Part shown: positions 1-12,394 of the stretch, one piece after another | How positions within the stretch are numbered: position 1 is the first letter of the stretch | How the letters are laid out: the number at the start of each line of letters is the position of its first letter | Origin: Octopus sinensis | Taxonomy: Eukaryota | Direction of reading: 5' to 3' | Length of the DNA stretch: 64,000 bases | Assembly (NCBI RefSeq): GCF_006345805.1 | Contig: NC_043004.1 | Coordinates: 50,530,001 to 50,594,000, forward strand | The notes under the pieces: generated by a model | What the model saw: the letters and a program-made list of their open reading frames with translations, nothing else | What the model was told of the DNA's origin: nothing | Databases searched by the model: none | Position numbers and translations under genes: made by a program

Positions 1-446
1 CTTTCCTGTCTTTTGCAAAAGAGAAATATATCGCCTTCCACCTCACTCTTTCCTGGATATATTCCTCGATTCAGGGGTCACTCACTTTCATAACATACTT
101 CTTACATGTTTTCTTTTCTTTTCTGGGGTTTATTATATTTTTAAGTCAGGAGGTAAGTCAGTGCCCATGACACTGCAGTACTTCCAAGACAGGATGGAGA
201 GATGGAGGAAGGGATTTTCAACCGGGAGAGCTGGTATGAATACTTGTAGCAAAGTGAACTCTGTGAAAGGCACAACAGATGCATGGTGTTGGTGTTAACC
301 TTGTCATGCCATATTCCAGTGATAGCGGGAATAAGTGAAACCTCATCTCTGCTTGATTTCCAGTAAAGCGGTAATGAGAAAAGGAAGATGCAGCTGATTC
401 TTTCCATTAGTTTACCTGCAATCGTTACACATGAGTTGTATAAACA

Positions 447-846
447 ACTCTCTTTACTCTTTTACTTGTTTCAGTCATTTGACTGTGGCCATGCTGGAGC
501 ACCGCCTTTAGTCGAGCAACGCGACCCCGGGACTTATTCTTTGTAAGCCCAGTACTTATTCTATCGGTCTCTTTTGCCGAACTGCAAAGTGACGGGGATG
601 TAAACACACCAGCATCGGTTGTCAAGCAATGGTAGGGGGCAAACACAGACACACACACATATATATATATATATACATATATACGACAGGCTTCTTTCAG
701 TTTCCGTCTACCAAATCCACTCACAAGGCATTGGTCGGCCCGGGGCTATAGCAGAAGACACTTGCCCAAGATGCCACGCAGTGGGACTGAACCCAGAACC
801 ATGTGGTTGGTTAGCAAGCTACTTACCACACAGCCACCCCTGCGCC
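447..846 (-). mobile_element. tRNA-derived SINE family A (internal (TA)n(TG)n, AAAGAGT-repeat tail). Further copies: 19908-20497+, 23136-23512-, 24321-25187 nested, 26023-26412-, 34348-34832-, 35070-35450-, 45691-46107+, 49037-49485+, 59605-60004-, 63935-64000-
   Basis: Head GGCGCAGGAGTGGCTGTGTGGTAAG..GGTTCAGTCCC with A/B boxes; near-identical dispersed copies. Confidence 0.92.
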
Positions 847-1847
847 TATTTATTTATTTATTTATTTTGCTTGGGAGTTAAGGTGGAGGGTAAAATTAGA
901 TACAGGGACTCAGGTCTGGGAGGATTAAACCAGGCGACGGAGTAAATCTACTGCCTACGTAAGCCGCCACACTATTTGAACTCAGAATATAAAGAACCTG
1001 AACAAATATGTCAGGCGAAGAGTTTGAAAGCTTTTCCACCAATTCCCTGTCTTGAATTAGTGATTCTTTTATCCACCCCCACTCCACCACCCGAAAGGAT
1101 GAAAGTCAAAGGGGATCTTCGCAGGATATGAATTCAGAGCTTAGAGAGTCACAACAAACGCTACATGGTGTTCTAAACAATGTTTTAACGACTCCACCAA
1201 TTCACTGCCCAATTTACAATTTCGCTGATGTCTAGCATTTCTTTTTGTCTTGAAGTACTAGCAAAAAATAAATTGCTATTGCTGTTGTTGGTAGTGGTGC
1301 TTTTGTCCCTGCTGTGCATTTGTGCACGAAGCACCCAAATAAGAGGGTCTCTCAAGGCTAATAACACAGTATTTGGTGTTCCTACAACACATCCATATAA
1401 AGTTGGATATAAAGATCACTTTTTGGTATTAATACTGCTTCCATCGCTAATAATTAATTTCTAATAAGTCTTCTTGCTATTTGCGATATCAACATCTGAA
1501 AAGATGCAGGAATTCCATATATCATGGCAACGAGGTCTGACTGGGATGAGGAAACCAGTGCTTCCCACTGAGGAAAGCCAATAGACCAAAATCACGTGAT
1601 AGGGGAATTCCGATGCCCATAACAGACGAATTTCATCTGCTACAGTCTATGCATGTGCTTTTATGCACCAAGAGCCTAAATAAGAGGAACTTTCAAGGTT
1701 AATAATACAGTAATTGGTGTTCTAACTAGACATCCATGCTAAGCAGGATATAAAAATGGCCTATTGTCATTTAAGCTTGTGTTTTACCCGCTTTTTCCTT
1801 TGAGCTCGTCAGATTGTAGCTGCTTGTGTTTACAACTATATCTGTTT

Positions 1848-2077
1848 GCGGCGAGCTGGCAGAAACGTTAGTACGCCGGGCGAAATGCGTAGCCGTATTT
1901 CGTCTGCCGTTACGTTCTGAGTTCAAATTCCACCGAGGTCGACTTTGCCTTTCATCCTTTCGGGGTCGATAAATTAAGTACCAGTTACGCACTGGGGTCG
2001 ATGTAATCGACTTAATCCGTTTGTCTGTCCTTGTTTGTCCCCTTTGTGTTTAGCCCCTTGTGGGTAGTAAAGAAATA
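1848..2077 (+). mobile_element. tRNA-derived SINE family B (Meta-SINE-like core GCCTTTCATCCTTTCGGGGTCGATAAA). Further copies: 32545-32776-, 45158-45370+, 46238-46470-, 60963-61193-, plus older ones
   Basis: A/B boxes (TGGCAGAAACG, GAGTTCAAATTCC); 13-bp TSD TATATCTGTTTGC at 1837-1849 and 2078-2090. Confidence 0.9.
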
Positions 2078-2271
2078 TATATCTGTTTGCATAACTGTCA
2101 TTTCTTTTCCCTCCATTTTATTGTTGAAATTCAGTTTATGTGCTTCCAAATTTTTAGGAGATGACATTTTTGCTACTCTCATCTTTGTGATGACTTCCTC
2201 CTCCCACCATATTCGGTGCCATTTTGGACCATGACTACATAATATGAATGCTTACTGTGCAAAAATATATA

Positions 2272-2489
2272 CGAGGGAGTGTTGAAAAGTTCCTGGCTTT
2301 GGGTAAAAGAAAATACAAGAGGATCAGTTAATTATGACTTTTATTCAACATATTCCCCTCTCAGATTCAATCACTTATTGTTAACAGTCCTTCAGTTTTT
2401 CTAAGCCTTGTAAAAGAACTAGGAAGGTTGGGCTCCAAACAGGCATTTCACGACACCCTCAAACCCAGGAACTTTTCAGCCCCCCCTCG
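2272..2489. mobile_element. Mariner-derived MITE
   Basis: TA|CGAGGGAGTGTTGAAAAGTTCCTGG ... CCAGGAACTTTTCAGCCCCCCCTCG|TA. Confidence 0.85.
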
Positions 2490-2822
2490 TACACTGTTGA
2501 AATCTATGTTTAGACCAAAGAGTGGACGAAACGGTTAATATTGATCCCTGGAGGGGGTCTCTTTGGTCATCAAAAAGTCGAAAAACACCTCAATTGATTT
2601 TGAGAATTAAATTATTAGCAAACTAAATCTAGAAGCACTCGAAAATTTAATGGTAAAACTCACTAATTTCCAGCCAAATATTGATGCAGTAGTTAGTGTT
2701 TACCAACAACATACTTTGGATTAAGTATTCTGTGGATATAAATGTGACTGAATTTTTATTGTTCTTTATCAATTTTGCTGAGCATTTTTCTTAAACTTAT
2801 TGTGATTAAGTTGTGAACTTAC

Positions 2823-2987
2823 TGCGATTGAGTTGTGAAAGCCGTCAAAACAAGGACTTGAAAAGTCGTCATAATAGGAGTGAGTGTGGAAACCTTGAAA
2901 TCCGTTGAAATGATCCTCCAACCACATCCACACGTTACCAAACATGTCGTAGAATCCGGCATCCGTTGGTGGGAACATGTTGACTGG
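2823..2987 (-). CDS. ovoA: OvoA coding exon 12 (PVNMFPPTDAGFYDMFGNVWMWLEDHFNGFQGFHTHSYYDDFSSPCFDGFHNSIA); gene continues beyond the left edge
   Basis: ttattacAG acceptor, GCA|GTAAGT donor; GNVWxW and YDDFSxPxFDG (catalytic Tyr region). The expected GGSW exon and methyltransferase domain are not seen in 1-2822. Confidence 0.96.
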
Positions 2988-4489
2988 CTGTAATAAGGAT
3001 TTAAAGAGGCAAACAACGACAATTATAACAATAATAATAATGGTTTCAAATTTTGACACAAGGCCAGCAAATTTGAGGATAAGGGAAGTTGATTACATCA
3101 AGCCCAGTGCTCAACCGACATCCCAAATGGGATCACACACACACACACACATACACACAAATACACACATACAAACATACATACAAACATACATACATAC
3201 ATACATACATACATACATACATACATACATACATACATACATACATGCATACATACATGTCTAATTATTGGGCCCTGAGATATGTAAGACACTGCTTAAA
3301 TACCAATCTTGAGAAATTAGGCTTCTCAAAACCAGAAAGGAGAAAGCTCTGATTCGAAGACTACAGATCCAATCCATCACTGGAACTGTAAAAATCTGTA
3401 AAACTTTCCAGAAGTTTACCATTTAACTATGTATGAGTATGTCTAGATATATAACTAAATGCATGAGAATACATACATAAAACAAAACATACAAATCTGT
3501 GCATATACATGCATACATACATGCATGCATGCAAGCATGCATGCATACATACATACATACATACATACATACATACATACACTGTTGATGTTGAAATTCC
3601 GATGAAGGAATCTTGAATCTAGGTTAGAAACCGACACTTTCTCTATTGGCAAGATATCTTGAAATAAAACTGAATAATGACATACATACATACATACATG
3701 CATACATAGCATGTATCCTCAACAATTTTAGGGAGTCATTATGATGCCGTCATGACATACAGCTTATCTTGAGAAATTTTAGAGCTAGTGGAGCCCATCT
3801 CCAGGTTTGATCCACAGCTGATTTCCTACATGCATGCAGAACCCTAATTATAATTATACTCATAATTATAAAAATTTTAAAGTTTAATGATAATGGTTCT
3901 TTTAACATGCCAAACTACTTGGTAAAATTATTAATTATTAATTAATTAATTAATTTTACCCTATATTATTATTGATAATATATATATATATATTTCCTTG
4001 CCCCCTGCTTTTCTTTCTCTTTCTTCCGTCCTCTCACGTGACTGCCTTCAAACTGGTCTTTCCGGCTTGACCGCTGCCATGTTAACACTGTTGTCTTCAT
4101 TTGCCGCAAAGGCATTTTTTCAAAATACGCCAGCCAAGATAAGTTAAAAATTGTCTGAAGTCGTAAGACACCTGCTGTTTTGTCCTGTTATTACTATTCT
4201 TGTTTTTTATTTCTATTTTTTGTTTCTTGTATTTATATTTGTGTGGCATCCTGTCCTTGTTCCGTATACATTCGATCCTCTTTCCAAGAAATCTAATGCT
4301 CGTAGCTTAGTTTTTCTTTGGGGCTGGCCGTATCGGAACGATATCAGGATTAATCAGCCGAAATTGCTAAGATGATCCGGTTCCCGACTGAAGATTAGAG
4401 GCTTCGAATGACCCGTCTGTTTTTTTGTGTCGTCTCTTTGTGTGTTTTTGCGTTCTTGTCCCATTTTGTAATTTATATTTAATTTCTAT

Positions 4490-4527
<38 letters not shown>

Positions 4528-4570
4528 TATATATAATATATATATATATATGTATATATGTATGAATCTG

Positions 4571-4608
<38 letters not shown>

Positions 4609-4614
4609 CGTCTG

Positions 4615-4646
<32 letters not shown>

Positions 4647-4658
4647 CCTATCCATCTG

Positions 4659-4717
<59 letters not shown>

Positions 4718-4728
4718 GTCTGTCTATC

Positions 4729-4791
<63 letters not shown>

Positions 4792-5041
4792 TTAAACCAT
4801 GCATGCACGTAAACACACACTCACACGTATATACACACACAAATCACAGCATGCAAATTGCAAAGAGGAAAAAAAAATGCGAAGATTTAAACAGAAGTAT
4901 ATTCCGTCAGTTAGCAGTCACAGCAATACCGACATTATGTCACAAGTTGACGAACATACAGTGATACAGAGTGATACACATATAAAAAAGATGTGTGTAG
5001 AGGACCAGGAGAAGAAAAGGCAGGCGAAAATGTCTGCTTAC

Positions 5042-5128
5042 CGATGGCGAACCGTATTTGAAGTTTACGTTTGCATCTGGTTTACCGGAGTGGATGATAT
5101 CACACTTGACTCCCTCAGTTATGGGTGG
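5042..5128 (-). CDS. ovoA: OvoA coding exon 11 (PPITEGVKCDIIHSGKPDANVNFKYGSPS)
   Basis: gtttgcAG acceptor, TCG|GTAAGC donor, phase 0/0; ANxNxxYGS motif. Confidence 0.92.
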
Positions 5129-5172
5129 CTGCAAACAAGAGTGACAAGTTGATTAATGTATATATATGTATG

Positions 5173-5233
<61 letters not shown>

Positions 5234-5355
5234 GTGTGTGTGTGAGTGCGTGTATATATGTATATGTATAAAGACAGATAGATAGATACAATACATATAT
5301 ACATACATATACACACCCACACATACACGAATTCATGTGTGTGTGTGTGTGTGCG

Positions 5356-5386
<31 letters not shown>

Positions 5387-5399
5387 TATATATATTTAG

Positions 5400-6670
5400 T
5401 GTAGGAAGAAATGGAGCTGAACGAAGATTTAACAAAATTCCTTTTTATTATTTTCTACATATGTTTCAAAGGCTGCAAAGTCCCTAATTCGGATTGAATA
5501 AGGAGACCATTTTGCAGCCTTCTCTTCAGGAAAATCCAGGAACTTAATTCTCCAACAAAATGCACAGCAAGCTTTTCGACAAACGCTCGCGAGGAGCCCA
5601 TGGGATAAATGGCACAAAACTGTCTCTCAATATGATTTGACGCCAGGCTGGGTGAAAGCCGCCGAAAAAGTCCGTTGAGATAATTCAAGGTCAAAATCCG
5701 GTTAACAGGGGGGGAGGGTTTACAGGAAAATCAAAGAGTGTGAATGTATTCTGTATGACTGGTGTTAATATTCGAATTGTTTTAAGAATGAGTACTATAG
5801 TGTTTGGGTGTGAGAAATTGCCTACATGTATGTGTATGTGCACCTATGTATGTGTGGCAGTGTGTTTAGAAGGCTGCAAGGGAGAGAGATATAGCAGCTA
5901 TTAATGGTCAAGCAGCTGAAAAAAACTGTGTCTGTGTGTTCGTCTGTAACCAGTTGATAGAGAGATGGAGTGTCAACAATGGGAGGATACAGTGACATCC
6001 CTGACCGCAGTTCTAGATAAGTAGCAGTTCTCACGCTAATAGTGGAGTGATTTCCCCTTACAAATTTAATTCAAATTTTTTTTCTCTTCTTAGGAAATCA
6101 AGGGGTTAACTATCTTAAACTTCATTGGAATGCAAGAAATGTGTGCCGCTTCCAGTGCGGGCATCTAAAAGAATTTTGCACAATCGAGTTAACAAGTTGC
6201 CCTCGGGCGAACAGAATATGAAAAAGTTCCGAGTTGCAAAGATTACAGATTCTTTTGCCTCTATCAAACGGTAAAGACACCGATAAAATCGACCATTCCA
6301 GTCTAAAGGTTGAATTCGCGTTCTTCAAACGCCAGACTAATTTACTTAGTCCCGTAGCGTGTTGCTTTCCAAAGTCGCGAAACGTTGAGAAATGATTCGA
6401 TATTCTAACAGCCAATTTCGATGATGAAGCTCCGATATACATGTAGACATCTGAATCAGTATAAACTCTGCACTGGTAAATGGCGTTTCTAATCTTGGAA
6501 TTACTAGATAAGAACCTTATTCTATTGGGATTGGATGTTGAGTTAGAAAATACAAATATTGCGATATCTATTAAGAGAGAAAAGCTCTCACATGGTTTTA
6601 CGGTGCGTAAAAGCACATCATAGCTATTGCCAGCCACAAACAATCACGGCTATTTTCGCTGCTAGGACTT
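5400..6670 (-). mobile_element. 5'-truncated Penelope-like retroelement: GIY-YIG endonuclease (ORF 6122-6643) and 3' region with hammerhead and AATAAA
   Basis: AIYQCRV...MYIG.....LAVRISNH..F...T.LSK.VW.LK.....W.IL......ICNLCNSE is a PLE-type GIY-YIG domain. Confidence 0.8.
5450..5535 (-). ncRNA. Type I hammerhead ribozyme motif in the 3' region of a Penelope-like element
   Basis: AUUUUC-CUGAAGA-[55-nt stem II, GAAGGCUGCAAA/UUUGCAGCCUUU]-GAAA-CAUAUG-UA^GAAAAU; complete core, 6-bp stem I, palindromic stem III. Confidence 0.8.
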
Positions 6671-6802
6671 CTAGATCACATGATTTCGGCCTCTTTTGGC
6701 TTTGTCAATTGTAGATACCTCACTGCCGGAAATATCAGTAACTGCAACGCTAGTGATATACATAGAAATACAGAGCCCATATGTATGTGTGTATGTGTGC
6801 GT

Positions 6803-6861
<59 letters not shown>

Positions 6862-7092
6862 TGAGTGTTGGGTGTTGTTCGATCAACTGAATTACCTGCT
6901 CCTAGAATAACGTGTAACTATATGAACAGTCCACAGACACGTATGTCCTTAACGTTATTCCCAAACAGAATCAGCATGCCACAGGCAAGATGGGTGTAGC
7001 CGAAATAACAGAAAATGATATTTGCAACGCGATTGAACTCGGAACCTCATGGTTGTAAAGCGAACACTTTCGCCATTCGACCATGCTGCGCC

Positions 7093-7124
<32 letters not shown>

Positions 7125-7449
7125 TGTATGTATGTATGTATGTATGTATGTATGTATGTAGGTAGGTATATGTATATATGTTGATTCGCTAGCCTCTGCA
7201 CGCATTTTTTTCTCTCCTTGTTTCTCTCCGTGTTTCTTTTCTGTGTATCTTTCTGTCGAAGAGCGTAGGCTCGAAACGTAAAAGACTTGTTTTATTTATA
7301 TTCCTGAGCGCCATACTAATACAATTGTTTGTTTGTATTCCACCTGCCTTCGTCTTTTGTTTATTTTCATAAGCTTCCCATTATATATACATATATATAC
7401 ATACACACACGCGCGCACACACACCCATACACACACATATACATACGTA

Positions 7450-8080
7450 TGACAAGAGACCAAGAAACTATGTCGACCATGTGGAGAACCTTTGTTCTCA
7501 GCCGGCTGGGCTACTGTTCCCAGTTATGGTCATCATTTAGTGTCAAACTAAGAGCGGAGTTTGAATCAGCCCAACATCACTACACTAAAAAGATTGGAAC
7601 AGTGCAGTGGATGAGCTATAGGGATAGGTTGATAAAAAAAAAACAGCTCTACTCCTTGGGCGAAGGCGTGACAGATACGCAATAATATACATATGGAAAA
7701 TCCTAGAAGGGCTAGTACCTAACTTTGGCATTGAGTGTTATACAAATGCCATAACTGGCCGCTATTGCATTGTACCAAAGGTACCATCCACTCCATCTAA
7801 ATTCAGGACCAGATATTGCAACAGTTTAGGATTCAAAGGCCCAAAGCTCTTCAATGCCCTGCTACAAAAAATTAAGAAATTTGCATAAGGTGGAAGTAGG
7901 TGTCTTCAAAAAGGAACTAGACATCCTCCTCTCCACAATACCGGATGAACCAACAGCCCGACATGAGGTGCAGATGAGGGCAGTGGAATCAAACTCCCTT
8001 ATACACCTAATGTACTAACAGCTGGGACAGAGGAACATACAGGAGTGGTGGTGTGAAACACCCAGACTGAGGAAGTCAGA
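7450..8080 (+). mobile_element. CR1/L2-like LINE 3' fragment
   Basis: MWRTFVLSRLGYCSQLWS..LRAEFESAQ..YTKKI matches the post-RT region of CR1-group ORF2; frameshifted. Confidence 0.7.
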
Positions 8081-8136
8081 AAGACCATGGCTGCATGGCT
8101 GCATGGCTGCATGGCTGAAACAAGTAAAAGAGTAAT

Positions 8137-8220
<84 letters not shown>

Positions 8221-8289
8221 GTATACATGTGTGTGTGTGCGCGTTGTTTAGGGCAATAAGTATATAGAATTGAAAAGCAGACATCATAC

Positions 8290-8437
8290 CATCGTTCCTT
8301 TCATGAGCATCGCCTCGGCTTCGGTAGGTAAACGGTAGTCGGGACCCATCCAGGTGCAGTAGGCTTTCGCTTCATGGTAATTCACTTCGACTGGCCAATC
8401 TCTTGGTAAGGTGATCACATCAAACATGGCGCGGTAA
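8290..8437 (-). CDS. ovoA: OvoA coding exon 10 (YRAMFDVITLPRDWPVEVNYHEAKAYCTWMGPDYRLPTEAEAMLMKGTM)
   Basis: atttgtAG acceptor, ATG|GTATGA donor, phase 2/0; WPVEVNYHEAKAxCxW..RLPTEAE motif; absent from the ORF track. Confidence 0.96.
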
Positions 8438-10990
8438 CTACAAATACATATACATGGCTATACTGTTGCTGGGACGTCGAACAAAATGATTATAGTCTCT
8501 AGGATTTTTGATGGTCGGTGGTCTACGTTCAGATCCCTCCCTTGTCCAATGTTCTTTTCTTAACTCAGCGTCGATTATCTAAGTGCTAGTTATATATTGG
8601 TGGGATAGACAGAGAAATTGATGGCAGCTTCCACTTCCAAATAGATGTATTAAGTATGAGAATCTGTCAGAACGTAAACATCCGGAGCAAATGCCGCTAA
8701 GCATTTTGTCCAGTGTGAAAACAAGTCTGCTAGTTAGCTGCATTGTTCTGTGAATTAATAAATCTTTCTATTATAGGCACAAGGATCTGAAATTTGAGAG
8801 GAGTTGGCGAATTGATTATATCGACTTTAGTGCTTAACTGATACTTATCTTATCGCCGCCGAAGGATGAAGTGCAAAATCGACCACGACAAAATTTGAAC
8901 TCAGAACATAAAGACAGATGAAATGCTGTTATGCACTTTGTCCTGCGCGATAATGATTCTGCCACTTAATGATGGTTTCAAATTTTGGCACAGAGACAGC
9001 AATTTTTTAGGGGAAGGGTGAGTTTGTTATATTGACCCCAGTTTTCAACTGGTACTTATTTTATTGATCCACGAAAGAGATGAAAAGAAAATCCGACCTC
9101 GGCGGAACTTGAACTCAGAAGGTAAAGACGGACGAAAAGCAACTAAGCACTTCGTCCTGCTTGCTAACGATTCTGCCAGCTTGCCGCCATGCAGTAAATT
9201 AATAATAAAAATAAATAGAAACAAACAAAAATATCTTTTATTTATGATTTAAAAAAAATTTATTCCATTTATTTATTTTTCCACAACCATCGGAACGCGA
9301 AGTGCTCCTCACAAACGCAGGTTCGTGAGATGGTTGTGATCTATAAACAGTTTTCAGTAGGAACTGGAAAGAGAAGCATGAACACGCAATGCGCATGTGC
9401 ATACTGAATTCGTAAAATGGAAGAGAAGAATAAAAACGCAATGCGGATGTCGAAATAAAGCGAAAGAGAAGGAAACCAGTTGTATGATGGTCTGCATGCC
9501 ACGTCTGACACCACTATCATGCAGCTTTATTACAATGTTCTTGTTATCTATTTATTTATTGTTATATTATTCATTTTTTGAGAATACATCGATATTTCAA
9601 ACACGGCTACGCCATATTTAGATTGTCAAAAACGTCAGCATATCAAATGAAAGTGAATACCGTACAGCATGCTGTACGGTATTCGTTTCAAGATTTTAAA
9701 AACATTTTTGCATTCAAATCACGCTGAAGGATAAATCATGCTATTTATCCTTCCAAGGTCGAAACATTGGCACCAGGTCTAACAGAAAATGTGAGGCTAA
9801 TCGATTAAATCGATTTTAGTATTTGATTGAAACTTTTTTTATCGACCTTGGAAGGATAAATAGTATCATTTATCCTTGAACTATGTTAAGTCAATTCTGC
9901 TCTCTTGGAAACTTGTATTATTTCTTAACAATTTCCAAGAGAGCGGAATTGACTTAATATAGTTCACCGTAGGAAATTTTAGTTTAAACAATTTATTTTT
10001 TTTTTTTTGTAATATTAACATTTTTCCTAAAGCGGCGAGCTGGTAGAATCGTTAAGATACTGGGCAAAACTGGGCTTTCATCCGTTTTTATGTTCTGAGT
10101 TCAAATTCCACCGAGACGGATTTGCTTTTCATTCTTTCGGGATCGATAAAATAAATACCAGTTGAGTACTGGGATCGATGTAATCGACTTATTGTTGGAC
10201 TTATATCAAAATTAGAACTCAGTAGGCACAAGAAAATTAATATTAGCAGTTGTGAATAAACTACTACAAACCCTGCCAAATCTTCTCCCCGCCTCCATTC
10301 TCACGAACCCTGGATAAATTTTCGCATAGACTTTCAGTTGTACGAAGCCATATTGGTGACCACAGCTGTAGGCCAGCCTTTGCTGCTCAACTGGATATCA
10401 ATGATATGCGATTATGCTCAAACACGACTGAACTGAATTGACAAAGTCACTGAAATATACGGCATTATAGTGAATGTGACTTCATATGATTAATCTACTT
10501 TAAGGAAGCACTCCGTCGGTTACGACGATGAGGGTTCCGGTTGATCCGAATCAACGGAACAGCCTGCTCGTGAAATTAACGTGTAAGTGGCTGAGCACTC
10601 CACAGACACGTGCACCCTTAACGTACAACAGAAACAGGAAGTAAGAGTGAGAGAAAGTTGTGGTGAAAGAGTACAGCAGGGATCACCCCCATCCCCTGCC
10701 GGAGCCTCGTGGAGCTTTTTAGGTGTTTTCGCTCAATAAACACTCACAACGCCCGGTCTGGGAATCGAAACCGCGAGTCCGCTGCCCTAACCACTGGGCC
10801 ATTGCACCTCCACGATTAATCTACTTTACAGCATCCTCAAATAGTTTCTCATCTTGATTACGTACGTATAATTTTAATCTTCATTGGATTTCAGCCATGC
10901 TGGGGCACCTTAGTTTGAAAGTCTGGTGCAACAGCAACAGCAGCAACAAAAACAATAACAAAAAATTGTTTAAAGCTGAGTGTTATTGTC

Positions 10991-11038
<48 letters not shown>

Positions 11039-11085
11039 TGAGTGCGTATGGTGCAAAATGAGATGAGAGGCGATGTAGAGCTTAC

Positions 11086-11173
11086 CAGAATGTTGGTTCA
11101 TTAAGATCGTCACTCGAACTCAGCTGACAATGAGTATAATTTGAGAGAGTTTCACCACAACCACTTTTACACC
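11086..11173 (-). CDS. ovoA: OvoA coding exon 9 ([29 protein letters not shown]), Cys-rich metazoan insert
   Basis: gattttAG acceptor, TG|GTAAG donor, phase 1/2; GCKSGCG motif recalled from metazoan OvoA. Confidence 0.92.
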
Positions 11174-11221
11174 CTAAAATCATAAAAAGAAGCATAAAGA
11201 TATATATATATGTACACACAC

Positions 11222-11268
<47 letters not shown>

Positions 11269-11272
11269 ACAC

Positions 11273-11362
<90 letters not shown>

Positions 11363-12147
11363 ATATATGTATATATGTATATATATATACAAAATAAGAA
11401 AATGGAGAAATACACCTTAATCAATAATCAACTACCAGATAATACCCAATCACATAATTTATTAAACCACTACATATGAACATTAAGGTCAAACATAATA
11501 GTATAGAACAAAACAATGTACATCAATGAGTAATATGATACAATAAGTACAGCATGTATAAGTGAATATAAATAAATTCAAATCCCGACCTGACGTATCT
11601 GGGCGATAGGCTTAATACGTCGCTCAGTTTAACAGTCCACTTTTGTGCAAACATTCGGGCAAGGTCTATAGTTTGAGGATACTTATCTCCCTCCTTTCCC
11701 CCAATCTCTAAGGCCCTGAGAAGGGTCATGGGCACTATCCGTTTAATTAAAAGATATTGAAAAGAAACATCCACTTGGTCAATCTGCTAGAAATAGCAGT
11801 CAAAATCTCACTCAGCTCACACTCTACAATAAGCATGGGCAACCTTTTTCGAGAAGCAGATCGCTTGAGACATGACGTCTTCATCAGGCAGACCATACTA
11901 CTAAGAAAAGAACAAAGCACTGAAATTAATGTTTCGTTGGCGTGCCATTTAAGAAATCCAGCAGGCAGCGGTCTGCCCATGGCTGCTAAACAAACTACAC
12001 ATTTAAAAACAGGAAGGTAGTACGTGATATTGTAGGTCTAGATGTAAATGTGTCTATTAAAATATGGAATAGTCATGATTGGAATGTCTTCGTCCATTGT
12101 TGATCAAAGGCTAAAACAACAACAACAAGCGCCTCAAAAATTCTCAC

Positions 12148-12311
12148 CTTTGTTACAGACCCAAAATGTTGGGTGGATTGCTCCCCGGAAGCATCTCCAT
12201 TTCCATCCGATATCTGACCACAATTCCTGTCTTTCGTAACCTTTGTCAGTGACAAATTTCAGGAATTCTTCATTGGTTACCAAATACTTTGTAGCTTCGA
12301 AATCTGGGACG
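12148..12311 (-). CDS. ovoA: OvoA coding exon 8 (VPDFEATKYLVTNEEFLKFVTDKGYERQELWSDIGWKWRCFRGAIHPTFWVCNK)
   Basis: gctgcAG acceptor, G|GTGAGA donor, phase 2/1; VTNxEF..GY..W..GW.W..HPxFW FGE-sulfatase-like motifs. Confidence 0.96.
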
Positions 12312-12394
12312 CTGCAGCGAAACAAGATATTGGTAATTTAGCGAAAACTTGTTTTGGTCTATTCTACAGCAAGAACTATTTATATACTGGTACA

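Noticed and set aside
141-420. ORF checked as the next ovoA exon (expected GGSW motif)
   Set aside because: No such motif; looks like an old LINE remnant
1331-1755. Diverged ~85-bp direct repeat (1331-1413 and ~1670-1755)
   Set aside because: Only two degenerate copies with stops; likely a decayed transposon, no interpretable structure
3583-3680. CCGATGA..GAAAC motif (second copy ~26782-26865), plus CTGAYGA words at ~31810 and ~39655
   Set aside because: Stems I and III are missing or degenerate, so not called as ribozymes
4080-4490. Dispersed repeat (also ~37030-37170 and ~55130-55470) with CTGAAGA and CCGAAA words
   Set aside because: I could not build a convincing hammerhead fold; probably a Penelope-type terminal repeat
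11523-12020. Overlapping non-repetitive ORFs between ovoA exons 8 and 9
   Set aside because: Exons 8 and 9 join in phase without them and no domain was recognised; probably a retroelement fragment
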